Source: Phyllosticta citribraziliensis
Taxonomy: Eukaryota
DNA length: 64,000 nt
Assembly (NCBI RefSeq): GCF_038025025.1
Contig: NW_027117341.1
Span: 744,001-808,000, forward strand
Reading direction: 5' to 3'
Position 1 is the first letter of the stretch. Each line of letters opens with the position of its first letter. Made by a program: the position numbers and the translations under genes. The notes beneath the pieces are model-generated. The model was not told the DNA's origin, made no database searches, and was given only the letters and a program-made list of their open reading frames with translations. Positions 12,301 through 25,105 of this stretch are shown here, in pieces.

Positions 12301-15300
12301 TTTCGTGCCAGGGTTTCGCACCGGAGCAAGCTGCAATAGCATTCGGGCCGTCGGAGAGCAGCCCATGAGGCCGCAACATTGCAAGGTCTCAATGCTCCCA
12401 AGCTCTGCCAGCAAGTGTATGTGGATATGTGAGGAGTCCTTTCTCTGTTAGTTCTGTGGACGAAGGCTTCTGGGACTGAAACTAGATGTCCCACTCGGCT
12501 CGAGCTGGGCCCTGGTCTGGATGCAAGGTACCGAACAGCTGGTTGACCGGTCACCGCAATGTCTGCAGCTTCAACACCGCTTTCTGTGTTGTCAGGTCAG
12601 CTGGTAGATGCAAGCGTGACAGGGCGATGGGGCTGGTGAGTCTCGACTACCTAGCGGCAATGCAGTTCGTGATGTCCAGCCATAGGTTGGAAGGCGTAGA
12701 GGTTTCGTTTAAGTCGTCGGAGAAATCGGCCCGGGTGCAAGGCAAGGCTTCCTTGTCTCCTGTTCGTGACTGGTATCAAGCGGTCAATGTTCTGACCCGA
12801 CATCCACTTCATGGTGACAAGCAGAATCAGTGTTCACAGCCCTGCCTTAGCCCGCTGCAGTCAGAACTCGGTTTTTCTGTGTTGACATGGAGACGAGCCG
12901 ACCCACCCCTTCTGTACGGTACCATGTGGTGCGTCCCATACTGTACGTATTCGAAATGCCACGAAGTCTGCCTCACCGCCGGTGCGTCGCTGTTTCTTTC
13001 ACTTGGATCGTGGAATCTTGGCCCACAGTCAGAGGCGGAGTTGCTGCGACGATGACACGACTGTTGGCCGTGACGACCCTACGCAGCTCTTCCAGAGAAG
13101 TTGTGCGCTCCACAAGCGAGCGCAGACACTCTGTGTTTGCCCCCAGGGCCCATTAGGTGCCTTGTTGCTCTTGCATTGTCCAGGGTAGTCGGGCATCAAT
13201 TGAGCGCCATCAATAATGGCCTCGCCAAAGTGTTTCTTCGGAGCGTCCGAGGTTACGATTCGCTCCAGTGTGTTGGATAAGCGAGTCGTACGTGTCGGCG
13301 GCGGAGGAGGTAGTCCGGTCGAGGCGAGTGGAATGACATTCTATCCTACGGCAAGCACATCGAGGGCGCCGCGAGCAGGGGAATAGTTTTTGAAATGTCC
13401 GGCTTCACGTTTTCTTCTTGTTCAACATTCTCTCGAAGAGGGCACTGGTGGTAGGTCTCTCGTCAGCGTCTTTGAAATCCTCATCATCTTGCTGTTCTTC
13501 GACTCTGCACATTGGTGTTGGCAGTGTCGGTACCTCACTGTGCCGCACTCCCTCTCTCTCTCTCCCGGTGTCGAGTCCAAAGGGTCGGGTCAGAGACGAC
13601 CAACACCTGTTCTGACGTAGGCAACCCCATCTATTCCGTACGTCGCTCCCCAACAACACACCCAGGGTGCACGCGCCCAATCACGCCACCGAATAAGCAA
13701 CGAGCTTTGACCCAAAGCCTGAGCTCCTTGCTCGGCAGCCCACCGTCGGTGCGAAGAAGACCGTCAATAGACTGGTATGGGCTCTGCACGACTGTTGCCG
13801 CAAGCGGTAAATCAAACGCGCCCAAAGTCCCCAGTGACCGGCAAAATGAGGCTCACGGCCCCATGAGGAGAAAATGGGATCACCCAAACCACAGAGCAAT
13901 TCGGTCCCCCCAATGAGCACCACCCAAGGTCACGGATATCCATCCAGTCCTTCCACCACTTGGTTCGGCCTCGGCCCGTCGCCGTCGGTGGGTGAGAGGC
14001 CACAAATATCGCTCGGCCCTTCCCGTCTCCGTTCGCCTCACAAGCTCCGCAGGGGCCATTTCCTACACAGCCATGACCCAGCAGCTATCCTCTCCACTTT
14101 GAGGCATCCGCCCGCCCTCTCCACCGCCGGCGTGCGCTGTTGGTCCTGCGTCGGCGTTTTGCGAGCGATGCGGCACAGCCCTCCGCGCGTTGCTCTTGTT
14201 GGTTTCGAGTGTGACGGGGGGAGGGAGGGGGCGTTCTCCTTTCTGCTCGACGCGTGCGTGGGTTGCGTGCGTCTGCTGCGTGTCATGCCCAAAAAAGCAA
14301 TTTTTCATTTAACTTGAAATGGAAAGGCGAAGGGGTCTCGAGGAAAAAGGAAAATAATAAGCAGCGGGGAAATGGCCCGACATCCGCGGACTTCGGCTGC
14401 CCCAAAATTGCAACGGTGAGGCTGATGGTGACGGAACCACGCCTTTCCGAATTTTTTTTGTACCACTAGAGGTTGTTGGTGGTGACGACCTGGCTCCACC
14501 ACAGCTGATGCTGAGCCTGCGCCTGAGCCAATGTTGGCGAGTGGATGTCGTGGACTGCAAGCATGCCATCAGAGCCAGATGCCTGGCCCTGTCTAGGCTC
14601 AACCCACCCATTGGACCAGGCGTCAGTTGGCTGCATTTTTCCTTCATAACCGACTTCATGCAGGGTGTGATCCACGACATTAGAAGCAACTGCAAGATAT
14701 CCACGGGGGTCGCAGCAGAGATCCTCAGCAAAAGCAACACGGTGATTCAGGTCGGCGCTGGGCTCTCAGGTCGACCGATCATGTCTCCACATGGACCGTC
14801 ATGTCCTGGAGCCGAGAATTCCGGTATTTGGGGGCTGCAATACCTCATCAGCAGACAGAGGAGGATGTGTGAACAATTTCAGTCCCTGGTTTCGGCAGCA
14901 AAAGACAGATCGCAGTATCTAGCCTCGATCCCGGACTGGGGTCTATGAATGGCCAAGGGCCATTGGTGTTCTCGAATCACGGCGTATGAGGAGATCCTTT
15001 TAGCCAGCCCTGTGCTTGCGTTTGATTGTTGTCCAATCTCATCGAGCCTGGCGCTTTCATGCTGCCAATGCCAGTATCGTCGCATTGCCAATAAATTGCA
15101 ATAATGGGAAGCTGGGGATGAACAGTGGCAACCTACTTTATTTCTGAGCACCGACGTCTGACATTTGTGTGTCGAAGCGGCGTGCATCTGATTGGTTACT
15201 GCGTGCTGGAGACGATCGCTTGCGAGGGATCCGAGCATCCAGGCCCCGAGGTCATGCTGGCACAAACCGTGTCAAAGCGTCCTCGACTGCTGATCGTACC

Positions 15301-16551
15301 TGTCTGTGTGACTGTGTTATTTTTTCTTCGCTTCTGCGGTCGCGAGTGTTGACTGCGCTTCGGAATGATGACGATGGTTATGGGGGCGTGTTGGCTGTGC
15401 CGTGTCATGCCCATCCTCAAGTCTGCCTTTTCTGCTGTGAGTGTGGCGACACTACCCTGATTTTCTGCGATATGTCGTTTGACACGTTTTCTGTAGTACG
15501 AGGGGCGCAACTGATTGGCTGCCACCGACCATGATACCTCTGCCATTTGGGCCAAGCTCACATGCGAGCTGCGGCCTCTCGGGCAGGGGTGAAGGCGCCT
15601 TGTGATGCTCCCTGGGTTCCTGGGCGAAAACGAAACTTGCAAATGGCCAAAGCTTTGGGCATTTTATTATTGCCCCAGAAACTCGAGTCGGGATCTACCC
15701 AAAGAGTATGGCGGATGTGTGGATGCCTGCGCGCGGCGAAGCCACTCTGTCTACCGGGGTGAATGCTCAGTTCTGCAGATGTTCGCCTCTGGACGGCATC
15801 ACGTTAGCCCCGACGCCTCTGCATCTTGGCGTTTGAGACATCTCCTGGTAGGTGGGAAAGGATCCATCGGGAGGGCTCCGTCAGCCCCGGTCAGCCAGAA
15901 GCGTGCTCGCCCAAGGGGCTCAGGGGCTTGCTTGGGCGGCATTCGTGGAATCCAAGTACATTTTAGAGAAAACTCTATCTTGTCGAAATAAAGTTCGGAC
16001 TTGTTGAGGTAAAGACTAGCAATGCTACCGATATAAGCGTGCGGACGAACGAAGTTTGTCGTTCTACACCCCACTTGGGTCGACCTAATTTGATATGGAA
16101 AAGAGAAATTCTCGGCTCTGCCGCTCGAGGGCTGTAGTTGAAACGGGCTACAGGACATGCTGCTCATCCAGTGCCGGTTTGAAGCCAAAACAACATCTTG
16201 TCTGACAAGGGGACGTCCGTGAATCATGACTGAGTTTGGAGACGTGGCCGACACCTCATCAAGCACGTTTTGTCTTCCTCGAGGCGTCCCTTGTCCCCAT
16301 GGGCCGCTCAAGTAAATTCCAATCAATCTCTTCGTTGTATGCCAACTGCGACCCGCCCTTGCGATGCAAAATGGTCCAAAGACAGGATCCGACACTCCAA
16401 CACCATAGTAGAAAAAAGAGTATGCCCAAAGAGCCACGCCAAACCCCAGAAAAAGGACGTCAAAAAGCCGCAGCGTAGTATTGAATCAAAGTTGCGGAGG
16501 AATGTGGTCGATGCGAGAAGGGGGTATCGTCCGTCCAGAATGCAGCAAGCG

Positions 16552-17112
16552 TCAGGTCGAGCTTTCCATCTTCAAAGCAGCGTTGCGCGCGCGCACTGCT
16601 TTTGCGGCGGCCTCTTCCTCGGCGATCCACCTGGCCATTTTTTCTTCGTCCACGGGCTTGCCCTCGGCCAGCCAGTCTGACCACTCCTTCCAAACGACCC
16701 ACTCGGCGCTGTCTGGATTGAGGCGGTCCAGCATGCGGTTGATTTTCTGGGGGTCCTCGTTGAAAGTCATGGGCGGATGGATTCTCGTGTCACTTTTGGC
16801 ACCGTGCGTTTCGGCTCGAACGGCTTCGGCCGCGGGGTTCTTGGTTCTGTGGGAGCTGTCGGGGGAGAGGATGCTCGAAATCGACATGTTGTGCAGCCGG
16901 CGGGGCTGTTGTTGGGCGTGGGGTGGCGACGAGGAGAGCATGGAGTAGTTTTGAGCAGTGGGTGAGAGCGCTTGGGGAGACGCAGCAGGCGTAGGAAGAC
17001 CGGTCGACCTCTGAGAGTTGGAGCGAGTGGGTGACGGGTGGTTGTAATTTGAGTGTCGATAGCTGGACCCGGCTCCACCCTTGCCATGGCTCGCATCACC
17101 AAAGGACGACAT
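16552..17112 (-). CDS. Hypothetical single-exon protein (~186 aa), S/P-rich disordered N-half, MSISSIL motif, Trp/Glu-rich helical C-terminus
   Basis: Open frame from ACC-ATG at 17112 with protein-like composition (EWVVWKEWSDWLAEGKPVDEEKMARWIAEEE); no family recognised. Confidence 0.55.
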   Translation of the reverse strand: MSSFGDASHGKGGAGSSYRHSNYNHPSPTRSNSQRSTGLPTPAASPQALSPTAQNYSMLSSSPPHAQQQPRRLHNMSISSILSPDSSHRTKNPAAEAVRAETHGAKSDTRIHPPMTFNEDPQKINRMLDRLNPDSAEWVVWKEWSDWLAEGKPVDEEKMARWIAEEEAAAKAVRARNAALKMESST

Positions 17113-17141
17113 GGTGCAGCACGGCCGCAATGACGACGACT

Positions 17142-17162
17142 GGGGGGGGGGGGGGGGGGGGG
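17142..17162. repeat. Poly-G run (21 nt)
   Basis: Seen directly; 30 nt upstream of the ATG of the 16552-17112 gene. Confidence 0.9.
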
Positions 17163-17617
17163 CAACAGGTGGAGGGGGCGGATTGGGTTTTTTGGGTGAA
17201 GGGTAAGAGCAGAGTTAAGGAAGCGGGCCGGTCACGCTTGGTCGGGGCGGTATCAAGGATTGGGAGGCGGACGAGGTTGTATGTGCGAAACTGGGGGCAG
17301 AGTGGATGGCCGGTAGGACGAGCATAGATATACTTCGTCGTCCTTGCATCTGCCCCATCGCTGCTCCACGCTCATCCTCCAAGCGCGGGCGGCCCACGCA
17401 AAGCAGAGTACGCAGTACGACATCTGGTGTCCACCATGACGGCCATCACAGCTGAGTTTCTGCGCAGCACCAGCGGTCGCGATGGACGCGGCGCTGACTC
17501 GCGCAGAGTCGTCGTCAGGTCTTGGTTTGCTGCTTGCTTGGTACCCTACCGCACCGCACGGCGCCGACGGCCAGGAATGCGGCAGTCGCAGGGATGCAAA
17601 CCTTCTTTTCTCCAGCC

Positions 17618-17650
17618 CAGAGCAGAGCAGAGCAGAGCAGAGCAGAGCAG
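17618..17650. repeat. (CAGAG)n pentanucleotide microsatellite, ~6 copies
   Basis: cagagcagagcagagcagagcagagcagagcag. Confidence 0.9.
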
Positions 17651-18406
17651 GCCAGGCGGCCGCCTTGCCTCGGCATTACCGTCCGACATGGTCGACTGCT
17701 GGCGTTGGCTGAGATGGCATCGCGCCGCAAATCCGCGATCACAAGCAGCCCACGGCGCGGAGCTGAGCTGCATGCTTACATCAACGCCCACTCGTCTTTC
17801 TTTTTTTGATGGCTCACAGACAGGAACGTGCGCATCTCGAGGCGGGCGGGCAGTTCTCCAGCACACGGTCTCCGAATTTTTGCCCAGTGCGAGGTACCCA
17901 CACCCTGGCCGCTCTCGCGGAAATGGCGCACAGAGCGGCGTGCAGAACGGCCCATTCTTGCGGAGCTGGAGCCGAACATGCTGGGTGCTGGTGCGTTGTC
18001 ACGTCTCTTTGCTCTCATGTCCCCAACCATCCAAGGGGGGGCGTCGCAATCGCAGTCGCAGTCGCAGTCGGAAACTTTCAGCAGCCAGCACGCAGCGCAC
18101 CAACGCGCAGTGCAGCGCAGCAACAGATCTCACAGGCGCCGGAGCGGACACGCCCTGGTCTGGCTCTCATGCACCTCATGAATGGCTGATTCTCGGGTGA
18201 CTTGCCACGCATCCATACCCTACCGGGCGGGCAGACACCACCAACGACCCTTGGATCTGTCTGTCCGGGGGCGTTGCGTTGTTGCGTTGCGTTGCCAACC
18301 CGGGGGGCACAAAGATTGGTGGTTATCGCGACGTGAATCCCTCCCTGGCTCGTCCACCACCGGAGCGACGCCCCGCCGCCGAGATCCGCCTGGCTGCACT
18401 CTCACA

Positions 18407-18429
18407 CTGCTGCTGCTGCTGCTGCTGCT
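18407..18429. repeat. (CTG)n trinucleotide microsatellite
   Basis: ctgctgctgctgctgctgctgct. Confidence 0.85.
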
Positions 18430-19481
18430 CGTCGACGGCGGCCGGCCTTGCGCTGAGACGCTCCCGAAACACGCTGCGGTGCGGTCCGTCCGCTGTCGCT
18501 GAGCTCTGTCTCTCACCAACAAGCAATTGCTAAATATCATGTATGCGGGGCACATCATCTTGCTTTTGTCCATCCTCATCCATTGTGTGGCTGATTGGCG
18601 GCGCCTGTAAGACGCGAGCGGAGCCCACATTGATGCGTCGGTCTGGTTTTAATAATCGGCCCAATTTCTCCCAACCGCCGTAGCCGATTGAGGCAGGACA
18701 GGAGAATCCTCCTAATGAAGCCCGCCGCTGTGCGCTTCCACAGAGGGGGACCGTCCATCGATCGAGCACACGTCTGGACTTAACGACGCGTGCCGTCCGG
18801 CCTGGCAAACGAAGAGACGGCGGTTGGTGGAGTCCGGCCAGCGGGTCGAATTGTAGTGCTTGACTCCCGTGAACCCCAAGATTGACCCCGTCGCGGAACA
18901 GGCTCCGATTCGGCAAAATCTCTCCATGAACTCCTCGTGCACCTGTGGAGGCAACGTCTGAGCCAGGGACCAGATTTTGGTTGGAACAGGAATCCTCCCC
19001 ACCATGGCCAGCCAGCCATCGGGCACTCGACGCGTAGGAACCCACGAATGTGTATCGCGCCCTTCTCCATGGCAACTCACCAGTCAAAAGACCCCGAGTG
19101 ACACAAAGGCCTTTGTCACGCGTCTGGATGGTCCACAAGTGGTGGGCGTTGTTGGGCTGAGCGAGTCATAGTGAGCGCGGACGGACGGATGATCCAGCGG
19201 ATGGTACGGGCCTGCGCGTCATACCCGCCGGCTCCATCCATGTGCTGGGCTTCGCGCGCGGGAGGAGCGCGGGAGGGGCGACAGTTCCGCGCGGATGCAA
19301 CCAAGCAGTCTGCCTTATCACTCCACGCCACGATATCGCGGCCAAACGCCCGATGCCACGGTCGGCTTCTGATCCAGCATGTTCCCTGCCAGCAAGAGAC
19401 CCTGAGTTCCAGTGTAACGGGGACCTGATCGAAGAGATGTGGAAAGGACGGTATGCGGGTCTCGCTCTCACGGTATTTGCG

Positions 19482-19512
19482 TCTCTCTCTCTCTCTCTCC
19501 CTCTCCCTCTCT
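19482..19512. repeat. (TC)n / pyrimidine tract
   Basis: tctctctctctctctctccctctccctctct. Confidence 0.8.
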
Positions 19513-21371
19513 GTCCGTCTGTCTTCTTGTCGTCTGCGTCTGAGTGCTCCACAGCAGTTTGCCAGACAAACCTTTGAGCCAGGCCGAGGGATTCAACGGC
19601 CGACTGCCTCGAGCCCGAAATCTGGAATCCACCGCCATCGTTAGTCGCACGCATGTGATGGTCCGTCGTACATGGGTCCTGCTACTGCTCTCCAGTTCCT
19701 GGATGACATTGGTAGCCGCCGCGATGGGACGCTCCCGACTTCTGCTAGGCCCGGCGGGCCGGTTGCTCCGACGTGCTGAAGCTGCGCTCTGGAGGCATCT
19801 TTGGACACGCCGCACCGCGAAATATGCAGGCGAGCCCGATCTACCCACTGGTCGTCCTTCGCATTGATCGCATGTCATCGGAAAAGCCGACTCCCCGGCG
19901 ATTCAGATCGATTTGAGATCGATATGAGATCAATCGGAAAGGGTGGGTCTTGAGCGCTCAGACAAACGGCACTCTGGAGACGGCGGGCCTCGAGAAACCC
20001 ATCAGATCGAATAGGGTTGGATACGAGGCGGTGAAGATGGAGCAGATGACGGGAGGCTGACTGGTGTCCACGCCTGCAGGGAGCCGACGAGTATTCGGAG
20101 CGTATGACCGAACGGATTGGGCCAAGAAGAAAGCGGTGTGAAGGCAGAGGGTGGTGCAGAGGAGTAGGAAAGCTGATGTTGTTGGCAGAGACGACGGGAA
20201 TGGTTCGCAGCAGCAGCCACCTCACGGCGCCGCCAGCTTCCGCACTACTGTACCCTACCTACATGCCCTGAGATGGTGAAAATCATGGCCGCCTGCATTC
20301 ACGTCCGTCTCACTGACGCTCAACCTTGCGGACAACAATCCACCGCCTCTTGCTTTTTCAACCTTGCTTCCTGTTTACCGCCTTTTTCCAGATTCAAACT
20401 TTACGAACCACGTCGGCAACTCGCGCCAAAACAAATCATCGTCGCCGTCCCGCGTCCCGGATCATGCCTCGAGTCCAACGTCACGACTGCTCCTCGAAGC
20501 TTTGCATGTACCGGACATCATGACCATCTGCGGCCGCATCTGGCCCTCCTGCCGTGCACGCGATACACACCTGGTTTGCGCGAGGCTTGACAGAGAGACG
20601 CACGCCGCCATGACATGAACCAGGGCTTGAACATGGCACGTTGCGCATGCAAGATGGCTCAGCTTCACTTCGTCACGACCAAGGGCTTGTCGTTCGCTTG
20701 CGTCGTATTTGCGATCGACAACCACTATCGATCCAATCGCCTGACCATTGCAGGCACTCTACGGCTGATGAGATCAATCAAATTGCTGACCGGTGAACCA
20801 GCGAGGCTTGATGGAAGAAGTCGTGGCACACAACAATTCTGCTCGGAAGCGTTTGAGTCCCCCTCTTCTCTGTCTGACGCCTGGCTTTCCTCGTTCCTCA
20901 CAACAGCTTGTCTTCGGAGCTTGGCTTACTGTCCAAGTTCTTCCCGCCGTGATGTTTCTGTCAATGCGTGCAGCCTTTACTTGCCGTGGTCTTTGCCAAA
21001 GCTGACCGGTGCTACCTCGATTGAAAGCAGCATGCCTGTTAGTCGTACCTCAATGGTACGGCTCCTACACCTTCGCGGCACTCCCAAAGACGCATTTTCA
21101 TCGAATTATTGCACCTTGGGATAATTGATATGTTCGAAACGAGTAGCGCATCATGACGACCCGGCGACCGCTGACGTCCCTCGGTTTGCCAGGGTTTCCT
21201 CGATACATCGGGTGTCAGAATGCGACCCGTGCCGAAACCGAGGCACCACGAACAACACAGCGATCGAACTCCACACCTTCGTCTTGACACAGTAGCCAAG
21301 TCAGAATCTTCTCATTCCCACTTGGCAACTTCATCCTACTTTTGACATTCGCGTCCATCTCTTCCTGCAAG

Positions 21372-22256
21372 ATGGGCCTGAAGAGTTTTTTCAGATATCT
21401 ACGACTGAAGATCGTGATAACGCTGGTCCGGTTGGGAATCAAGCTCAAGCCAAAGAGAAAGATCACAGCAGACAAGGTCTTGCAAATACCGTCAAGAGAT
21501 GCCAAGAGAACCATCAAGGCCCACGTCTACCAATCCAAGTCTTCTAGTCCTACCCCGGTCCTCGTCAACTTTCACGGAAGTGGTTTCTGCCTGCCTCTGC
21601 ACGGCAGCGACAACGTCTTTTGTCAAGAGGTTCGCGACCAGACGGATTACACGGTCATCGACGTCCAGTACCGCCTCGCACCTGAAAATCCCTTCCCGGC
21701 CGCCCTCAACGACGTCGAAGATGCTGTCAATTGGGTCCTCAAGCAACCGGAGGCGTTCACGACCGACCATGTCGCAATTTCAGGCTTCAGCGCCGGCGGC
21801 ACCCTCGCTTTGGCCGCTGCATCATCCGTTTTCCCCAAGAACACCTTCCGTTCCCTTCTCGCATTCTACCCGCCGACAAACCTGGCCATGATGCCTGAGG
21901 GCAAGGCGGCGCCTGATCCAACCGGCACTCCTCTACCTCCCCGTCTTTGCCACATCTTTGACGACTCGTACATTCCCGAAGGCTTCGACAAGAGGGACCC
22001 GCGCATCTCCCCTCTCTTTGCCCAGCCGGACAGATTTCCTCGGAACGTCATGATTGTGACGTGTGCTCAAGACTCGCTGGCTCATGAAGCAGAGGAGCTC
22101 GCCAAGAAGATTGAAAATGAACCAGGTCACTTTGTTCTCCGTAGGAGGTATGACGGTGTTGGCCACGGTTGGGACAAAAAGGCCAAAGAAGGCACACCCG
22201 GCGGAGAAGCCGTCGAAATGGCACATGCGCTGGCTCTGGATATTCTGCGCCGCTGA
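21372..22256 (+). CDS. Alpha/beta hydrolase, hormone-sensitive-lipase (Abhydrolase_3) family esterase/lipase
   Basis: Single exon. HGSGF oxyanion motif, YRLAPENPFPAALND, GFSAG nucleophile elbow, catalytic Asp (AQDSL) and His (VGHGW). Confidence 0.93.
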   Translation: MGLKSFFRYLRLKIVITLVRLGIKLKPKRKITADKVLQIPSRDAKRTIKAHVYQSKSSSPTPVLVNFHGSGFCLPLHGSDNVFCQEVRDQTDYTVIDVQYRLAPENPFPAALNDVEDAVNWVLKQPEAFTTDHVAISGFSAGGTLALAAASSVFPKNTFRSLLAFYPPTNLAMMPEGKAAPDPTGTPLPPRLCHIFDDSYIPEGFDKRDPRISPLFAQPDRFPRNVMIVTCAQDSLAHEAEELAKKIENEPGHFVLRRRYDGVGHGWDKKAKEGTPGGEAVEMAHALALDILRR

Positions 22257-22717
22257 GCGCATATGTTGCAATCGTCGCTCACTCGGAGAAGACGTCGACA
22301 AAATTGTTGTATCCATAGCAGTTCAGTCTGGAATGCAGTCCCAAATGTCCCACACCTGCAAGCACTGGGTTACGCCTACAACGCAGTCCCTGCAACGGGA
22401 CAACTCTTCTTCACATTATCCTCGGGAACCGTGGGAGCCCCAAATTTGACGGCACTCACGTTGCACTCCGATCCAGTGCTAACGAAGCATCCATGCTCGA
22501 AGCCCGGTGCATCAGTCTCGCAATTTCGCCTCGCTCTGGATCCATGTGTCGGCCGTTCTTCTCACGATGCAATCCGGTTCCGCCGAGACCGCCGAAGTTC
22601 CGCCCCAAGCCCGCCCCGCTCCGCCCCGTCCCGCCCGAGCACAAGAAAAAAAAAAATTCTTCACCACCACAATCACCACAGCACGTCCGATCCCTTCTTC
22701 TAGCTCTGTACAAGGGC

Positions 22718-22723
22718 AAAAAA
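22718..22723 (-). terminator. RNA Pol III terminator (T6) of tRNA-Arg
   Basis: TTTTTT 2 nt downstream of the tRNA 3' end on the minus strand. Confidence 0.8.
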
Positions 22724-22725
22724 GA

Positions 22726-22797
22726 TGACCACAGCAGGACTCGAACCTGCAATCTCTTGATTCGTAGTCAAGCGCCTTGCCATTGGGCCATGCGGCC
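22726..22797 (-). tRNA. tRNA-Arg (anticodon ACG), intronless
   Basis: Reverse complement is GGCCGCATGGCCCAATGGCAAGGCGCTTGACTACGAATCAAGAGATTGCAGGTTCGAGTCCTGCTGTGGTCA: acceptor stem GGCCGCA/TGTGGTC, anticodon arm CTTGA-CT[ACG]AA-TCAAG, T arm GCAGG-TTCGAGT-CCTGC. Confidence 0.97.
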
Positions 22798-25105
22798 AGT
22801 GTTGGTGTTGAAGCCGGAGAGGCTTCTCACTGATTGTTGAAGCGGTGGATGCAGAGAAGGTTTATGTTTAACACCGATTTTGCGCTCTGTTGCTCGGGAT
22901 CAAGCACTGGAAGTCTCGGGGTGAAAAAAATGGTCCCGGGAATGGTGGTCAATTTCATATGACCATCCAGCTTCGTCAGCTCGCACCCATCCAATTTCAC
23001 GACCCTTTCTGCTCGACCTGATTCTTGCAGCCCATGAAGAAGTAGTAGGATTCACAGCGCGCATCCTTGAACCTACAAGGCCATGGTAGCGGGGCACCCA
23101 GACCGTCTGTCATCGGACAATCGTGAAGAATTCCCGGAGCATTCAACACCAACGCAAACATTCAAAGCACCGCATCAACCAATCTCCAAGCCATGCAGCA
23201 CCTCCAAAAACATTCTCGGAGAAGACTCCGCAGCATAGAGCGCCTCAGAACCTACCACAGCCCAACACCTTCCCCCTCCTCCTCCCAAACAAACAAATTA
23301 CTCTCCTTCCGCATCCGTGACGAACCACCACCTCTGCAACCTACACAATCGCACACCGCCACCATCTTCACCATCCCAAGAACGTGTGCAAGCCCCTTGA
23401 CAGGATGCTCGCAGGATTCATTGGCCGTGCCACGTTCATGCAGACGAAGCAAGGAGGCCGCGTTGTGCCTGCCGACCCTGTCGCACACAAAAAGGCTTGT
23501 ATGTACCACACCTCCTCGCCCGACGACTTTTGAATGGCCAAGGCGGCCCAGCGCGCTGTGCGATGGATGTGAAATGCTTGGGTGCGGTTGGAGGCTTGGG
23601 GGTCGGAGTTTACTCCGGGAGGGGGTTTGGGGGTTGGTTGTTGTTCTTTGCGGGTTGGGAGGAGGGGTTTTCCGTTCTCTTTTGGTGTTTGTCTTTTTGA
23701 AGATATTTGGTTTTTTGGTCAGTGGAGTTCCTGCTTTAGGTTTTCGAGTTCATCGTCTGGGACTACCCAGGAGGACCATTTCATCCATGATGGTTCGCCA
23801 CGACCCAGGGGGTCTTGAGTGGCGCAGAGACCTACATGGCATACATAATAATTTTGAACATTTCACTTTTCATGAATTCGCAGCTTTAGCTCACTTGGGA
23901 GAGCGCCAGACTGAAGTCCACTTCAGCCTATAAGCCACTGTGCGGTATCTGGAGGTACTGTGTTCGATCCACAGAAGCTGCATCTTCTTTTGCCATCCTT
24001 TTGGCCGTTATCAAGAGCGCGAAGAGGCCCCGGTGCATGTGGTCGTTGGTCGAATTTTTGCTTGTTGTGGCCGAGCGTAGCCGGGAAGAGCTTGGGCCGC
24101 TTCGCTAGCGCGCGTCCCTGGGCCGAGGTTATGTGGACGAGAGACGACGGGACGACACTTCATCTGATGTCTTTGATTGTGCTGCGCTTTGCTGAGAAAC
24201 TGCCATCTGTGTTTGCGCCATTGATGGGCAGTGTTCTGCTCTTTTGGCTGCCGTTGCCCGGCGTCCGTCCTTCAACTGGCGATGGCCATCTGCGCAGCGG
24301 CGTTTGACTTCCTGTCCTTGCTCTCCGGCTCTTTCAATGAAGATGCCCTTGTCTCTTTGATATACGGACCTTTCGCGGCAGCAAGCTGCTTCTCGAAATT
24401 TGTTCGCGCGGGAGATAGGTTGTCAGGGAACGCCGCTTGCTGGGCAACGATTAGGACAAGGCAGCTTCGCACAAACTCATAGTTGCTGCCGTTTGCCTGG
24501 CTTCTTTGAGGGTTGACAGTTTCAAGAGCATGGTACGCTTGTTGGTGTTTCGAGACTGCCGCCGAAAGGTCGATTGAGCAGAGCGGAAAGTTGCAGGAAA
24601 TTTCCTGCGCAAGTCCATGTGGAAAGAAAAAGGGCAACTTCCAGTAAGTTCACTGCGTGGGCATGGCCGCGCAGTAGCTGCGAATTCACGCGCCGAAATT
24701 CTGAGTTTCGATGCCAGATGTCGCTCAGGCAGCTGTAAGTCCGCTGAGGCCGGCTCCTCGACCCTTACTGACTCACTCTCTTTAGGGCCGTTGTAGATAC
24801 CTAACCATGCCCTTCATGCTTTCGCTTCTCTTGACTTGCATAGCGATTGGATGCACTCTGTGCACATGCTTTGCATCCGTTGTATTTTATCTGGGTGCGC
24901 CACTCTGCCAGACGGCGTTGACAAGGCGGGTAGGCGCCTCCCCAAAGAGGCACCACCCACGCCCGCTCCTTCCTCATCTTTGCTGACGCGTTGGCGCGCA
25001 CAAAACCTCTGCCCGCCCTCGAAAACCAACCATCCCTCTCCACCCCTCATCTCTCACCCCTCCTCTCTCCACCTCGATCGATTCACATCGTCTGCTTCAC
25101 CCACC

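Noticed and set aside
11799..12554. 251-aa minus-strand ORF (and the 217-aa ORF at 8246-8899)
   Set aside because: Non-ATG starts, no motif, no splice support; consistent with chance ORFs in GC-rich DNA
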